NCBI GenBank assembly: GCA_044229975.1
Contig: JBGARZ010000001.1
Coordinates: 480,001 to 544,000 of the forward strand
Reading direction: 5' to 3'
Length of the DNA: 64,000 nt
DNA from: Polyangiales bacterium
GTDB taxonomy: Bacteria > Myxococcota_A > Polyangia > Polyangiales > Ga0077539
The translations under genes and the position numbers were made by a program. This document shows positions 8,280 to 17,800 of this stretch, piece after piece. Position 1 is the first letter of the stretch. Every line of letters begins with the position of its first letter. The notes under the pieces are model-generated. The model worked only from the letters and a program-made list of their open reading frames with translations, was not told the origin of the DNA and made no database searches.

Positions 8280-10058
8280 TCAGATGATGATCGAGGCCGG
8301 GACGAGCGACGGGCGCAGGTAGCCGTACGGGAGCGTACGGTGAGCCTCCCGCGCGACGATGTCGGACTCCAACGATGCGAGGCGGGCGCGCATCGCCGAC
8401 AGCGGTGCCGCGACGCGTGGGTCATCGAACTTCGGGTAGTCGGCCAGCGCCGTGACGCGAATCGCCGAGAGCTGAAACACCGTGTACATCTGGAGCACGG
8501 TCACATCGAGGGGCGGCAGCGCGGCGATGTACGCCGCCTCGGTGTCGGGCGTCGCGAGGGTGGGCGGCGGCGCATAGAGCCCGGCGGCGATGCCGGGCAT
8601 GAAGCCCATGGTGGGGTACTGCGGGAAGTTGACGGCCGCGTGCTGCACCGAGCCGGTGAAGATCACGAAGGTGAGCAGCCCCGTGAGCGCGTCGACGGTC
8701 TGCACCGCGGGGACGCCCAGCAGGCGGCCGCCGTCGCGCGCCGAGAGCTCGGCGACGAAGTTCTGGAGCTCGGTGTCGCCCGCCACGACGGAGTCGTCGC
8801 GATAGTACAGCCGGAGGTAATCGCCCACCCACGTGCGCAGCGAGTCCCAGTGCGGGAGCGCGTCGTCGCGGTAGGGGAAGTCGGGCACGCAGTCGGCGTC
8901 GAGGAGGCCCTGCGACGCGAGGCGCGAGCGCGGGTCGGCGCGGCCGATGTCGAGCGTGCGGACGGCCTCGGCGGTGAGATCGCGCGTGATCGCGATGGGC
9001 TGCGGCATGAGCTGGTCGAGCGTTCCGCCGTCGGCGATGAGGCTGTTGCGCGCGGTGTAGTTGATGAAGTGCGTGACCTTGAAGTGCGGAGCGAGCAGCA
9101 CCGCGACCGGGTGGGCCGAGGCGAGGTTGCGGTTGGCCGCGATGGCGAAGGGCTCGACGACGAGGTGCGTGCGACCGAGGTGCTCGCGGGCCTCGTGCAG
9201 GCTCCCCTCGCCCAGCGAGAGGAAGGCCTGCGCGATGCGCCAGCGCCAGCCGTCGGCGGGCGTGAAGATCGGGGCCGCGGCGCCGGGCGTCTGGGCGCAC
9301 TGGATGGCGACCGGGAGCATCGCGGCCGAGCGGTCGAGCGGGCGCACGAAGAGCCCCATCGCGGCGGCGGTGTACTTCTTCCGACCGGCGTTTTCGGTGG
9401 TGGCGACGCCGGCGAGGGCGGCGCAGTCGGAGAGAAACAGCCGCCCCTCGGCGAGCGCACGTGCGAGGGAGTCGGCGGGCCCGCGCGGGAGCAGCGTAGC
9501 GAGGGCACGGGAGAAGTGCCCCTCGTCGACCGGGAAGTGGTCGGGCAGACGATCGCGCAGCTGCTGGAGGGTGAAGGGGTTGGGGCCCGCGAGCTCGTGC
9601 CAGCCGAAGACGAGGTCGCGGTCGGCGGGCGCCTTGCGGAGCCGCGCGACCATGGGGATGGCTTCGAGGCCGTCGGTGAGCGAGCCGAAGGTGTCGAGCG
9701 AGGTGACGGGCTGCTTCGCCGTGTCAGCCGCGGCTTTTTCAGTGGCGTCCCAGAAGTTGCGCGCGGCCTCGACGGAGCTGCGCGCCGCGATGACCGCGAC
9801 CTCCAGCGGCTTCGCGCGATCGGCCTTCCGGGCGGCGTCGACCTGCAGCGAGACGTGGTGGTCGGAGACGCGGTCGTTGGAGCGCGCGATGGCGACCAGG
9901 TAGTCGACGCCGGGCTTGTCGGTGAAGTGCAGCTCCTTCAGGCAGGCGATGCCGGGTGGGCTGCTGTAGTCGTACTGGCGTTCGGCGCGGCGCACCGCGA
10001 GCAGCTCGCGTCGCACCATGGGAAACGGGTCATCCGGGCTTAGGGTCGGCACGGGCAT
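8280..10058 (-). CDS. Lipoxygenase (canonical motifs)
   Basis: LAGPNP, LPVAIQ, HEAREHLGRTH, INYTAR, FPYRDDA, QHAAVNFPQY, C-terminal YLRPSLVPASIII. ATG 10058 (MPVPTLSPDDP) with GGGAG upstream; the longer track ORF runs into ompA. Confidence 0.95.
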   Translation of the reverse strand: MPVPTLSPDDPFPMVRRELLAVRRAERQYDYSSPPGIACLKELHFTDKPGVDYLVAIARSNDRVSDHHVSLQVDAARKADRAKPLEVAVIAARSSVEAARNFWDATEKAAADTAKQPVTSLDTFGSLTDGLEAIPMVARLRKAPADRDLVFGWHELAGPNPFTLQQLRDRLPDHFPVDEGHFSRALATLLPRGPADSLARALAEGRLFLSDCAALAGVATTENAGRKKYTAAAMGLFVRPLDRSAAMLPVAIQCAQTPGAAAPIFTPADGWRWRIAQAFLSLGEGSLHEAREHLGRTHLVVEPFAIAANRNLASAHPVAVLLAPHFKVTHFINYTARNSLIADGGTLDQLMPQPIAITRDLTAEAVRTLDIGRADPRSRLASQGLLDADCVPDFPYRDDALPHWDSLRTWVGDYLRLYYRDDSVVAGDTELQNFVAELSARDGGRLLGVPAVQTVDALTGLLTFVIFTGSVQHAAVNFPQYPTMGFMPGIAAGLYAPPPTLATPDTEAAYIAALPPLDVTVLQMYTVFQLSAIRVTALADYPKFDDPRVAAPLSAMRARLASLESDIVAREAHRTLPYGYLRPSLVPASIII

Positions 10059-10158
10059 CGGAGGCTCCCCGGGCAGCGACCGACCGCTCGGTCGGACAGC
10101 GCCCTGCCGCGACGGTACGACATCAGAGCGCGCCGCGGGGAAGCATTGCTCACCCGGA

Positions 10159-10178
10159 GGTGTCCAGATCTGGACACC
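10159..10178. promoter_or_regulatory. Perfect 20-bp palindrome (operator or 3' hairpin) between ompA and the lipoxygenase operon
   Basis: GGTGTCCAGATCTGGACACC is its own reverse complement. Confidence 0.45.
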
Positions 10179-10195
10179 CCCAGCGAGGTGAACGG

Positions 10196-12118
10196 TCAGC
10201 GCAGGTCGCGGTCTTCGTCGGGGATGAGATCCTCGCCCGCCGGGCAGGCGATCTGCACGTGCGTGAGCCCGGCCGACGTCCGCAGGATGAGGAACACCAC
10301 GCGACGATTGGCCGTCCACGCCACGCGGTTGTGCGCGGGGTTGATGGGGCAGCGCTCGCCGTAGCCCGCGGCGTGGAGGCGGTCGTTGGAGATGCCGCGC
10401 TGCACGAGGGCCGCGACCACGCTGGCGGCGCGGTCGCGGGTGAGCTGGAGGTTGTGGTCGTCGTTGCCGCGCTCGTCGGCGTGACCCTGCACCTGGAGCA
10501 GCTGGATCTGGTCGTTGGCCCGCAGCGTCGCCGCGACGGCCTCGATGATGGGCAGGCTCTCCGGGCGAATCTGCGCCGAGTCGGTCTCGAAGTTGATCGC
10601 CTGGAGGATGCGGATGGTGTTTTCCTCCAGCACGGCGACGCCGGTGTCGGGGCAGCCGTCTTCGTCCTCGTGGGCGTTGTAGGTCTCCGGGTCGTTGGGG
10701 CAGCGGTCGCGCACGTCGGGGATGCGATCGTGGTCGTTGTCCGGGTCGGGGCAGCCGTTGTCGTCCTCGAAGTTGTCGCGGTCTTCGGGGTCGTTGGGGC
10801 AGAGGTCGTCGCGGTCGACGATGCCGTCGCGGTCGTTGTCCGGGTCGGGGCAGCCGTCGATGTCCTCGAAGTTGTCTCGGTCTTCGGGGTTGTCCGGGCA
10901 CTGGTCGACGTTGTCGAGGATGCCGTCGCCGTCGCGGTCGTTGTTGTCACGATCGGGGCAGCCGTCCTCGTCGGCCTCGCCGTCGCGGTCTTCCGGCGTG
11001 AGGGGGCACTGGTCGTCGCCGTCGCGGATGCCGTCCTGGTCGTTGTCGGGCTCAGGACACCCGTCGCTGTCTTCGAAGTGGTCGAAGTCCTCGGGCTCGT
11101 TGGGGCACTGGTCGATGTCGTCGCGGTACCCGTCGCCATCACGGTCGCCGATGGACGGCTCGAACACGAAGCCGATGAAGGCCCGCAGATCGGCCGCCGC
11201 GTCGCTGCCGGTGATGCGACGACCCGCGCCGAGCATCAGGTAGCTGTTGTCGACAACGAAGATCTTGAGCCCGCCGACGGCCTCGAAGGGCGTGGTGTTG
11301 GCCCCGAACATCGCGTTGGAATACGTCCCACCGTAAACCTCGGCGACGAGATCGACGGCGGTGCCGAGGCGCACGCTCATGCCGAGGCCCGCGGTGAGGG
11401 GCGAGCCGTAGGTCGTGTTGAGGAGCGTCGCGGCGTTGCCGAGGCCGAGGCGGTAGCCAAGGTTGAGGTCCATGCGGAAGCGCGAGACCGGGTGCCACTC
11501 GGCGGCGATGGAGGGCCAGAGCATCACGCCGGGGTCGCCCGCGAAGTTGCTCGGGCCCGACTGGAGGGGGATGCCCGCCTGGAAGACGAGCGCGAGGCCC
11601 CAGTGCGTCACGGTCGCGGGGAGCAGTCGTAGCTTGGCGTGGAGGGTGAGCGAGCCGAAGCCCTGGTAGTCGAGGCCGCCGACCCCCGGGGTGTATCCCG
11701 CGATGGGCTGGAGCGCGCCGTCGGAGCCCATGGGCCCAGGGCCGCCGACGAGGTGCACGGGGAGCTGGAGGCCGACCACGAGGCGGTTGAAGAGACCGAG
11801 GTTGGCCGAGAACACGCCGGTGAACATGTTCTCGACGAGCGGCACGTTGGTGTCGGTCTGCGTGCCGTTGACGAGCGTTCCCTGACGGGCGAGGCCGCGA
11901 CCCCAGTCGACGACGAGGCCGAAGGAGGTGTTGAGGTGCCCGAGGGTGTCGGTGCCGTTGACGGTGAACTGTCCCTTGGAGTCCACCGCGTGGCGGAACA
12001 ACCTCAGATCGAAGCCCGTGTCCGCGGGGAGCGCGTCCTGCGCGCGCGCCTCCGTGGCGAAGGCCGTGAGGGCAAGGGAAGCGACGAGGCCCGAGAGGTA
12101 TCCCACCGTTCTACGCAT
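10196..12118 (-). CDS. OmpA family outer-membrane protein with thrombospondin type-3 repeats (TraB-like architecture)
   Basis: Signal peptide (ARA-Q), beta-rich N-terminal barrel, DxDxDGxxDxxDxCP repeats, C-terminal OmpA-like domain (INFETDSA, VQGHADERG, NLQLTRDRA, GYGE, NRRV). Confidence 0.92.
   Translation of the reverse strand: MRRTVGYLSGLVASLALTAFATEARAQDALPADTGFDLRLFRHAVDSKGQFTVNGTDTLGHLNTSFGLVVDWGRGLARQGTLVNGTQTDTNVPLVENMFTGVFSANLGLFNRLVVGLQLPVHLVGGPGPMGSDGALQPIAGYTPGVGGLDYQGFGSLTLHAKLRLLPATVTHWGLALVFQAGIPLQSGPSNFAGDPGVMLWPSIAAEWHPVSRFRMDLNLGYRLGLGNAATLLNTTYGSPLTAGLGMSVRLGTAVDLVAEVYGGTYSNAMFGANTTPFEAVGGLKIFVVDNSYLMLGAGRRITGSDAAADLRAFIGFVFEPSIGDRDGDGYRDDIDQCPNEPEDFDHFEDSDGCPEPDNDQDGIRDGDDQCPLTPEDRDGEADEDGCPDRDNNDRDGDGILDNVDQCPDNPEDRDNFEDIDGCPDPDNDRDGIVDRDDLCPNDPEDRDNFEDDNGCPDPDNDHDRIPDVRDRCPNDPETYNAHEDEDGCPDTGVAVLEENTIRILQAINFETDSAQIRPESLPIIEAVAATLRANDQIQLLQVQGHADERGNDDHNLQLTRDRAASVVAALVQRGISNDRLHAAGYGERCPINPAHNRVAWTANRRVVFLILRTSAGLTHVQIACPAGEDLIPDEDRDLR
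10649..11148 (-). repeat. Thrombospondin type-3 (Ca-binding) coding repeats
   Basis: Five tandem units of D.D.DG..D..D.CP..PED.D.FED.DGCP within ompA. Boundaries approximate. Confidence 0.85.
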
Positions 12119-12211
12119 GGCGACGGCGACGCTAACAGATCCCCAATGGCGGGGTCATCAATCGCGCGAACGGGTGTACAAGCGCCCGCGGAAGGCTCAA
12201 CGGAGAGACCA

Positions 12212-13030
12212 ATGGCGACCAGCAACGCAGGGGTGGTGCTCATCACGGGGGCCTCGTCGGGCATCGGCGAGGCGTTGGCGCGGGAGTACGCGCGGCGCGG
12301 CTGGAAGACCGTGCTCCTGGCCCGGCGGGTCGAGCGCATCGCGACGCTCGCACAGGCGTTGGGCGGCGACGGGCACAGCCTCGCGGTGGCCTGCGACGTG
12401 ACCCACGACGGCGACTGCGAAGCCGCGGTGGCGAGGGCGGTGGAGGTCTTCGGCGGCGTCGACGTGGTCATCGCCAACGCGGGCTTCGGCGTCGACGGGA
12501 GCTTCGATCAGCTCACCCTCGATGACGTGCGGCGGCAGTTCGAGACCAACGTGTACGGGGTGCTGCGCACCGCGAAGGCGGCGCTGCCGGCGCTCACGCG
12601 ATCGAAGGGGACCTTCGTCGCCATCGGCAGCGTGGCGGGCTTCGTCCCGGCGCCGGGGAGCATGGCCTACAACATGTCGAAGGCGTGCATCACGTCGTTC
12701 TGCGACACGCTGCGGACGGAGTGGGGTCCGAAGGGAATCGCCGTGACGCACGTGGCGCCGGGCTTCGTGGAGAGCGACATCCGCCGCACCGACCGCACCG
12801 GGGTCTTCAAGGAGACGCGCAAGGAGTCGGTTCCGGGGTGGCTCATCATGCCGGCGAAGACTGCGGCGCGGCAGATCATGGACGCCGTCGGGCGGCGCGA
12901 GGACGAGGTGATTCTCACGCGCGTGGGGAAGTTCGGCGTCGGGATGGCGCGGCACGCACCGGCCATCACGCGGGCGATCTTCGGCTTCGCGGCGCCGCGC
13001 GTGGGCAGCCGCAAGGCGAAGGATGGTTGA
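12212..13030 (+). CDS. Short-chain dehydrogenase/reductase (SDR)
   Basis: TGASSGIG, ANAG, catalytic YNMSK. ATG 12212 after GGAGAG. Confidence 0.92.
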   Translation: MATSNAGVVLITGASSGIGEALAREYARRGWKTVLLARRVERIATLAQALGGDGHSLAVACDVTHDGDCEAAVARAVEVFGGVDVVIANAGFGVDGSFDQLTLDDVRRQFETNVYGVLRTAKAALPALTRSKGTFVAIGSVAGFVPAPGSMAYNMSKACITSFCDTLRTEWGPKGIAVTHVAPGFVESDIRRTDRTGVFKETRKESVPGWLIMPAKTAARQIMDAVGRREDEVILTRVGKFGVGMARHAPAITRAIFGFAAPRVGSRKAKDG

Positions 13031-13087
13031 GGGATCGCTGGTCTTGTGAAGATCGTCGCGCCCGGCAGCCCTCGAACTGGTTGCTCC

Positions 13088-13600
13088 CTACCGCAGATCG
13101 AGCACGCGCCAATGCCCACCGACGCGCACCAGCGTGTCGATGCGGAAGCGCCGCGTCGTCCCATCGACGATGAACTCCACCACCGGGCCGTCAGCGCACT
13201 GCGACGTCGCCGCGCCGAAGCGACCGCACCGTCGCGGGTCGATGGAGTCGCGCGCGAACCCACCGCCACCGATGGACACGAAGCGCCCGCCCGCGAGCCG
13301 CGGTCGCAGGTCGCGCGCGTCGCGGCTCAGCGCCTCCAACTGACGCTGCACGAGGATCCCGCCGCCATCGGGACCAGCGTCGCCCGACTCGCGTAGGCCG
13401 AACACCGCGCGCAGCTCCGCGGGCGTCGCGAAGACACCCACCGGGTCGCGCACGCCATCCCGAACGACCTCCAACACCCGCCGCGCGAGCTCGGTGATCT
13501 CCGTGCGCTCGGCCGGCGTCAGCCGGCGCGGGGTCGCGTGCGCCGCCCCGGTCGTCAGTGAGGCGAGCATCATCCACGTCGCGAGGGTCGTCGGTCGCAT
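13088..13600 (-). CDS. Hypothetical secreted protein
   Basis: N-terminal signal peptide (AAHA-T). Fills the gap between the SDR and trmL. Confidence 0.6.
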   Translation of the reverse strand: MRPTTLATWMMLASLTTGAAHATPRRLTPAERTEITELARRVLEVVRDGVRDPVGVFATPAELRAVFGLRESGDAGPDGGGILVQRQLEALSRDARDLRPRLAGGRFVSIGGGGFARDSIDPRRCGRFGAATSQCADGPVVEFIVDGTTRRFRIDTLVRVGGHWRVLDLR

Positions 13601-13612
13601 CGGCGCCCGATG

Positions 13613-14179
13613 CTATCGCACGAAGTCGTCGGGCTCGGGGTGCGACTCGTCCGCAGCCGCCTCGATGCGCGCACCCGCGAGCGCGCCCACCGAGCGCATC
13701 GCCTCGTACACGATGATGGCCGCCGCGCTCGCGAGGTTGAGCGAGCGCACCGCGCCCGCCGTGGGGATGCCGAACACGTCGCCGGGGTAGCGGTCGAGCA
13801 CCTCCGCGGAGAGACCCGATGACTCCTTGCCGAAGACCAGCGCGTCGCCCGGCGCGAAGTCCGCGTCGAGGTAGCTGCGCGCCCCGGTGGCGCTGAAGAG
13901 TCGCACGCGACCGGGAGGGCGGAGGCGCGCGTGGGTGAGCGCGAAGGTCGACCAGTCGGGGTGCGTGTGGAGCTCGACGAGGTGCCAGTAGTCGATACCC
14001 GCGCGGCGAACGCTCTTGTCGTCGATGCGAAACCCGAGGCGGCCAACGAGGTGCAACGGACTCTGCGTCGCGGCGCAGAGGCGCGCGATGTTGCCGGTGT
14101 TCTGGGGGATCTCGGGCTCGACCAGAACGACCTGGAAGGGAGAGCGCATGGGCGCAACGCGGAGCTTGGGCGACGGCAT
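13613..14179 (-). CDS. trmL: tRNA (cytidine/uridine(34)-2'-O)-methyltransferase
   Basis: VLVEPEIPQNTGNIARLCA, RRAGIDYW, LVFGKESSGL, RSLNLA (SPOUT TrmL signatures). Confidence 0.95.
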   Translation of the reverse strand: MPSPKLRVAPMRSPFQVVLVEPEIPQNTGNIARLCAATQSPLHLVGRLGFRIDDKSVRRAGIDYWHLVELHTHPDWSTFALTHARLRPPGRVRLFSATGARSYLDADFAPGDALVFGKESSGLSAEVLDRYPGDVFGIPTAGAVRSLNLASAAAIIVYEAMRSVGALAGARIEAAADESHPEPDDFVR

Positions 14180-14273
14180 CGGTGAGGTCTCTCGCGACGG
14201 GTGATCGCACGCGCTCGCTGCGGCGTCACGCCCCGCGCGGCGGCACGCACGTCACAGAGCCACCGTGCGCTGG

Positions 14274-14288
14274 TGGCACATGGATTGC
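14274..14288 (+). promoter_or_regulatory. Sigma-54 (-24/-12) promoter
   Basis: TGGCAC-ATGGA-TTGC matches the TGGCAC-N5-TTGC consensus exactly. Intergenic, oriented toward the 14335 ORF and cgs. Confidence 0.7.
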
Positions 14289-14334
14289 CGAGCGGGGGAT
14301 GACCAGCACCCCGTTCTGCCCCTCGGAAACCTCC

Positions 14335-14787
14335 ATGAAGAACACCAATCTCTCCGCTCCCATCGTCCGCTTGATCGAGCGATTTCAAGCCTGGCATCAG
14401 ACCGCCTCCGACGACCGCACGGGCCTCTCGTCGGGCGAGCGTGGAGCCCTCCTCAACGAGCTCCTCGGGCTCCTCGAAGAGCACCCGCGCGGCGCTCGCT
14501 CGGCCGACCCGTGGCGCCTCTTCGCGGGCCTCTTCTCGCAGCGCGCCGCGACCGCCACGGAAGAGCGCGCACGCCGCGAACGACAGGTGCTTCGCGCCTA
14601 CGAGCAGCTCTGCGAGTGCGAGCTGCCGTTTCACGTCTCGAGTGTTCTCTTGCGCCACTACAGCGTCATCAAGCGCGCGTCCCACGTCGCCGACGACGAC
14701 CGGCTCAACCCCCCGACGCCCGCGCGCGGAACCGCCATCCCGCGCATGTCCCTCGCCGCGATGCCCGTGCGCGTTGCGGCCCGCTGA
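14335..14787 (+). CDS. Hypothetical protein
   Basis: Helical-looking ORF (MKNTNLSAPIV...) downstream of the sigma-54 site. No recognised motif; start uncertain. Confidence 0.5.
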   Translation: MKNTNLSAPIVRLIERFQAWHQTASDDRTGLSSGERGALLNELLGLLEEHPRGARSADPWRLFAGLFSQRAATATEERARRERQVLRAYEQLCECELPFHVSSVLLRHYSVIKRASHVADDDRLNPPTPARGTAIPRMSLAAMPVRVAAR

Positions 14788-14856
14788 CGACAACAGGATG
14801 GTCACAGTGAGGCAGATTGACAGAGGCGCTTCGCTCGATGCGGCGGAGCTGTCGCC

Positions 14857-17800
14857 GTGACCGCGGCGACGCCACTGCCTCCCGAAGATCCTCCCCACGC
14901 CGAGCACCTCGGCCCCGAGCGCCTCGACGCGGTCGCGCTACGTCTCGCGCGCGAACACACGGGCAGCACGCGCCCGGCGACGCGACACAGCGACGTGCTC
15001 ACACGCCTGGAGGACAACCGTCGGCAGCTCGTCGACAACTACCGCGCGACGCTCAAGGCCGCCGAGTCGGGCGGCTGGATCTCCCCCGCGGGCGAGTGGC
15101 TGCTCGACAACTTCCACGTCATCGCCGAGCAGCTCCGCGAGGGCCGCGAGAACCTCCCGCGCCGCTTCTACCGCGAGCTCCCCGAGCTCTCCGAGGGACC
15201 GCACGCCGGGTATCCCCGCGCCTTCGCCATCGCCATCGAGCTCATCACCAACACCGACGGGCTCCTCGACGTCGCGCTGCTGGAACGCTTCCTCACCGCC
15301 TACCAGTCCGTCACTCCGCTCACCGTCGGCGAGCTCTGGGCGATCCCCATCGCGCTGCGCCATGCGTTTCTCGACCGCCTCGCGAAGATCGCCGCCCGCG
15401 TCGACACCGCGCGCCGCGAGCGCGAGGCCGCCGAGGCCCTCGCCGACGAGCTCGCCCTCATCGCCACCAGCGGCCCCGACACCGTCGCCGTCGCCCTGGA
15501 GCGCCGCGTCTCCAGGCGCGTTCGACCGTCGACGACCATGTTCGCGACCGAGCTCGCGCTGCGCCTGCGCGACCGCCACCCCGCGCTCGCACTCGCCACC
15601 GCGTGGCTGGAGCGGCGCATCCTCGAACAGGGGACCACGCTCGACGAGGCCATCCGCGCCGAGCACCGCAGCCAGGCCGCCAACCAGATCTCCGTCGGCA
15701 ACTGCATCACCTCGATGCGCACCATCACGGCCACCGACTGGACCAAGGTCTTCGAGTCGCTGAGCGTCGTCGAGCAGGTGCTCCGCCGCGACCCGTCGGG
15801 CACGCACCCGCTTCAGGACTTCGCCACCCGCGACCGCTACCGCCACGTCATCGAGCGCATCGGCAAGCGCACCGGCCGCCCCGAACACGAGGTCGCCGAG
15901 GCCGCCATCACGATTGCCCGCGCGGCCTTCGAGCGCGCCGGGGAGATCGTCGAGACCCCGCGCGAAGCCCACGTCGGCTACTACCTCGTCGGCCCCGGTC
16001 TCGCCGCGCTGGAGTCCGCCGTCGGCTACCAGGCACCGCCCATCGAGCGCTTCGGTCGCGCGCTTCTCGCCCACGCGACGATCGCCTACCTCGGGCCCAT
16101 CATCCTCGGCAGCCCGCTGCTCGCCGCAGGCTTCGCCGCGTGGGCGCACGAGCTCGGCGCCTCCCCGGGGGCCGCCGTCGCATTGGGTGTCCTCGCGCTG
16201 CTCCCCGCGAGTGAGCTCGTGAGCGGGCTCGCCAACCTCGTCGCCACCGCGGCCCGTGCGCCCGTCGCGTTGCCCAAGCTCGACTTCGCCGACGGCATCC
16301 ACACCGACTTCCGCACCCTCGTCGTGGTGCCGATGATGCTCGGCAGCCGCGAGGGCATCGACGAACAGGTCGAGGCCCTGGAGCTGCGGTACCTCGCCAA
16401 TCAAGACCCCGCGCTCCGCTTCGCGCTGCTCAGTGACTTTCCGGACGCCTCGACCGAGCGAGCGGCGGGCGACGACGAGCTCCTCGCCGCGGCCGAGGCG
16501 GGCATCCTCCGACTCGGTCGGCAGTACGGCGTTGGGCGCTTCTACCTGCTGCACCGGCGACGCGTCTGGAGCGACGGCGAGCAGCGCTTCATGGGCTGGG
16601 AACGCAAGCGCGGAAAGGTCACCGAGCTCAACAAGCTCATCCTCGACGAAGGCGAGACGACCTTCAGCTCCGTCGTCGGTGACCGCGCGTGGCTCGCGGG
16701 CATTCGCTTCGTGCTCACGCTCGACGCCGACACCCAGCTCCCGCTCGGCACCGCCGCCCGCCTCGTCGGAACCCTCGCCCACCCGCTCAACCGCCCGCGC
16801 ATCGACCCGACGACCGGGGTCGTCGTCGAGGGCCATGGCGTGCTGCAGCCGCGGGTCTCGGTGTCGCCCACGTCGGCGCGGCGCAGCCTCTTCGCGCGCA
16901 TCTTCGCGTCGCAGGAGGGCATCGACCCGTACACCAGCGCCGTCTCCGACGTGTATCAAGACCTCTTCGCGGAAGGGTCCTTCGTCGGCAAGGGGCTCTA
17001 CGACGTGCGGGCCTTCGAGGCGACGCTGCGCGACCGCGTTCCAGAGGCGGCGGTGCTCTCGCACGATCTCCTCGAAGGGCTCTACGCCCGCGCGGCGCTG
17101 GTCTCCGACGTCGAGCTCTACGACGACACACCGTCGCACTACCTCGCAGCCAGTCTTCGTCGGCATCGCTGGATTCGCGGCGACTGGCAGATCGCCCCGT
17201 GGCTCGGCTCGTCACCGCCGCGCGCCGACGGCAAGCGCGAGGGCAACCCCCTCTCCGCCATCGGGCGCTGGAAGGTGCTCGACAACCTCCGCCGCTCGCT
17301 CGTCGCACCGTCCACCCTCGGCCTCCTCCTCGTCGGCTGGATCATCGTCCCCGCCCCCGTCGCCTGGACCGCCATGGTCGCCGTGCTCCTCGCGCTGCCG
17401 ACCTTCGCCCACTGGTCGTCGACGGCCGTGCGACGGCCGCGGCGCGCCACATGGTCCGTGCACCTCCGCCGCGTCACCGTCGACGCCGCCCACAACGCGC
17501 TCCGCTCGGCGGTGAACCTGCTCTTCCTGCCGCACGAGGCGTGGGTGAGCGTCGACGCCGTCGCGCGGGTGTTCTATCGCCGCTACGTCTCCCACCGCGG
17601 GATGCTGGAGTGGGTCACCGCCGCGCAGGCCGAGCGCGCGGGTCGCACCATCTCGCAGGCGTGGCGCGCCATGGGGCCGTCGCTCGCTCCCGTGGTGATC
17701 GCCTTCGCCATCGCGGCGCGACTCGACGGCTGGCCCGTCACCGCGCTCGCCCCGCTTGCGCTCGCGTGGTTGCTCTCACCCGCGATCGCGGCGTGGTTCG

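Noticed and set aside
4492..8322. 1276-aa plus-strand ORF and similar long antisense ORFs (e.g. 18208-21492, 31596-34097, 38350-40998)
   Set aside because: Shadow ORFs opposite well-supported genes. High GC3 suppresses antisense stops, and no motifs are present.
10059..10901. N-terminal repeat extension of the lipoxygenase in the ORF track
   Set aside because: An off-frame reading of the ompA TSP3 repeats. The LOX start at 10058 has an RBS and matches its paralogue's N-terminus.
10649..11148. Periodic DNA repeats as a CRISPR array
   Set aside because: They are degenerate in-frame TSP3 coding repeats with no constant repeat/unique spacer structure and no cas genes.
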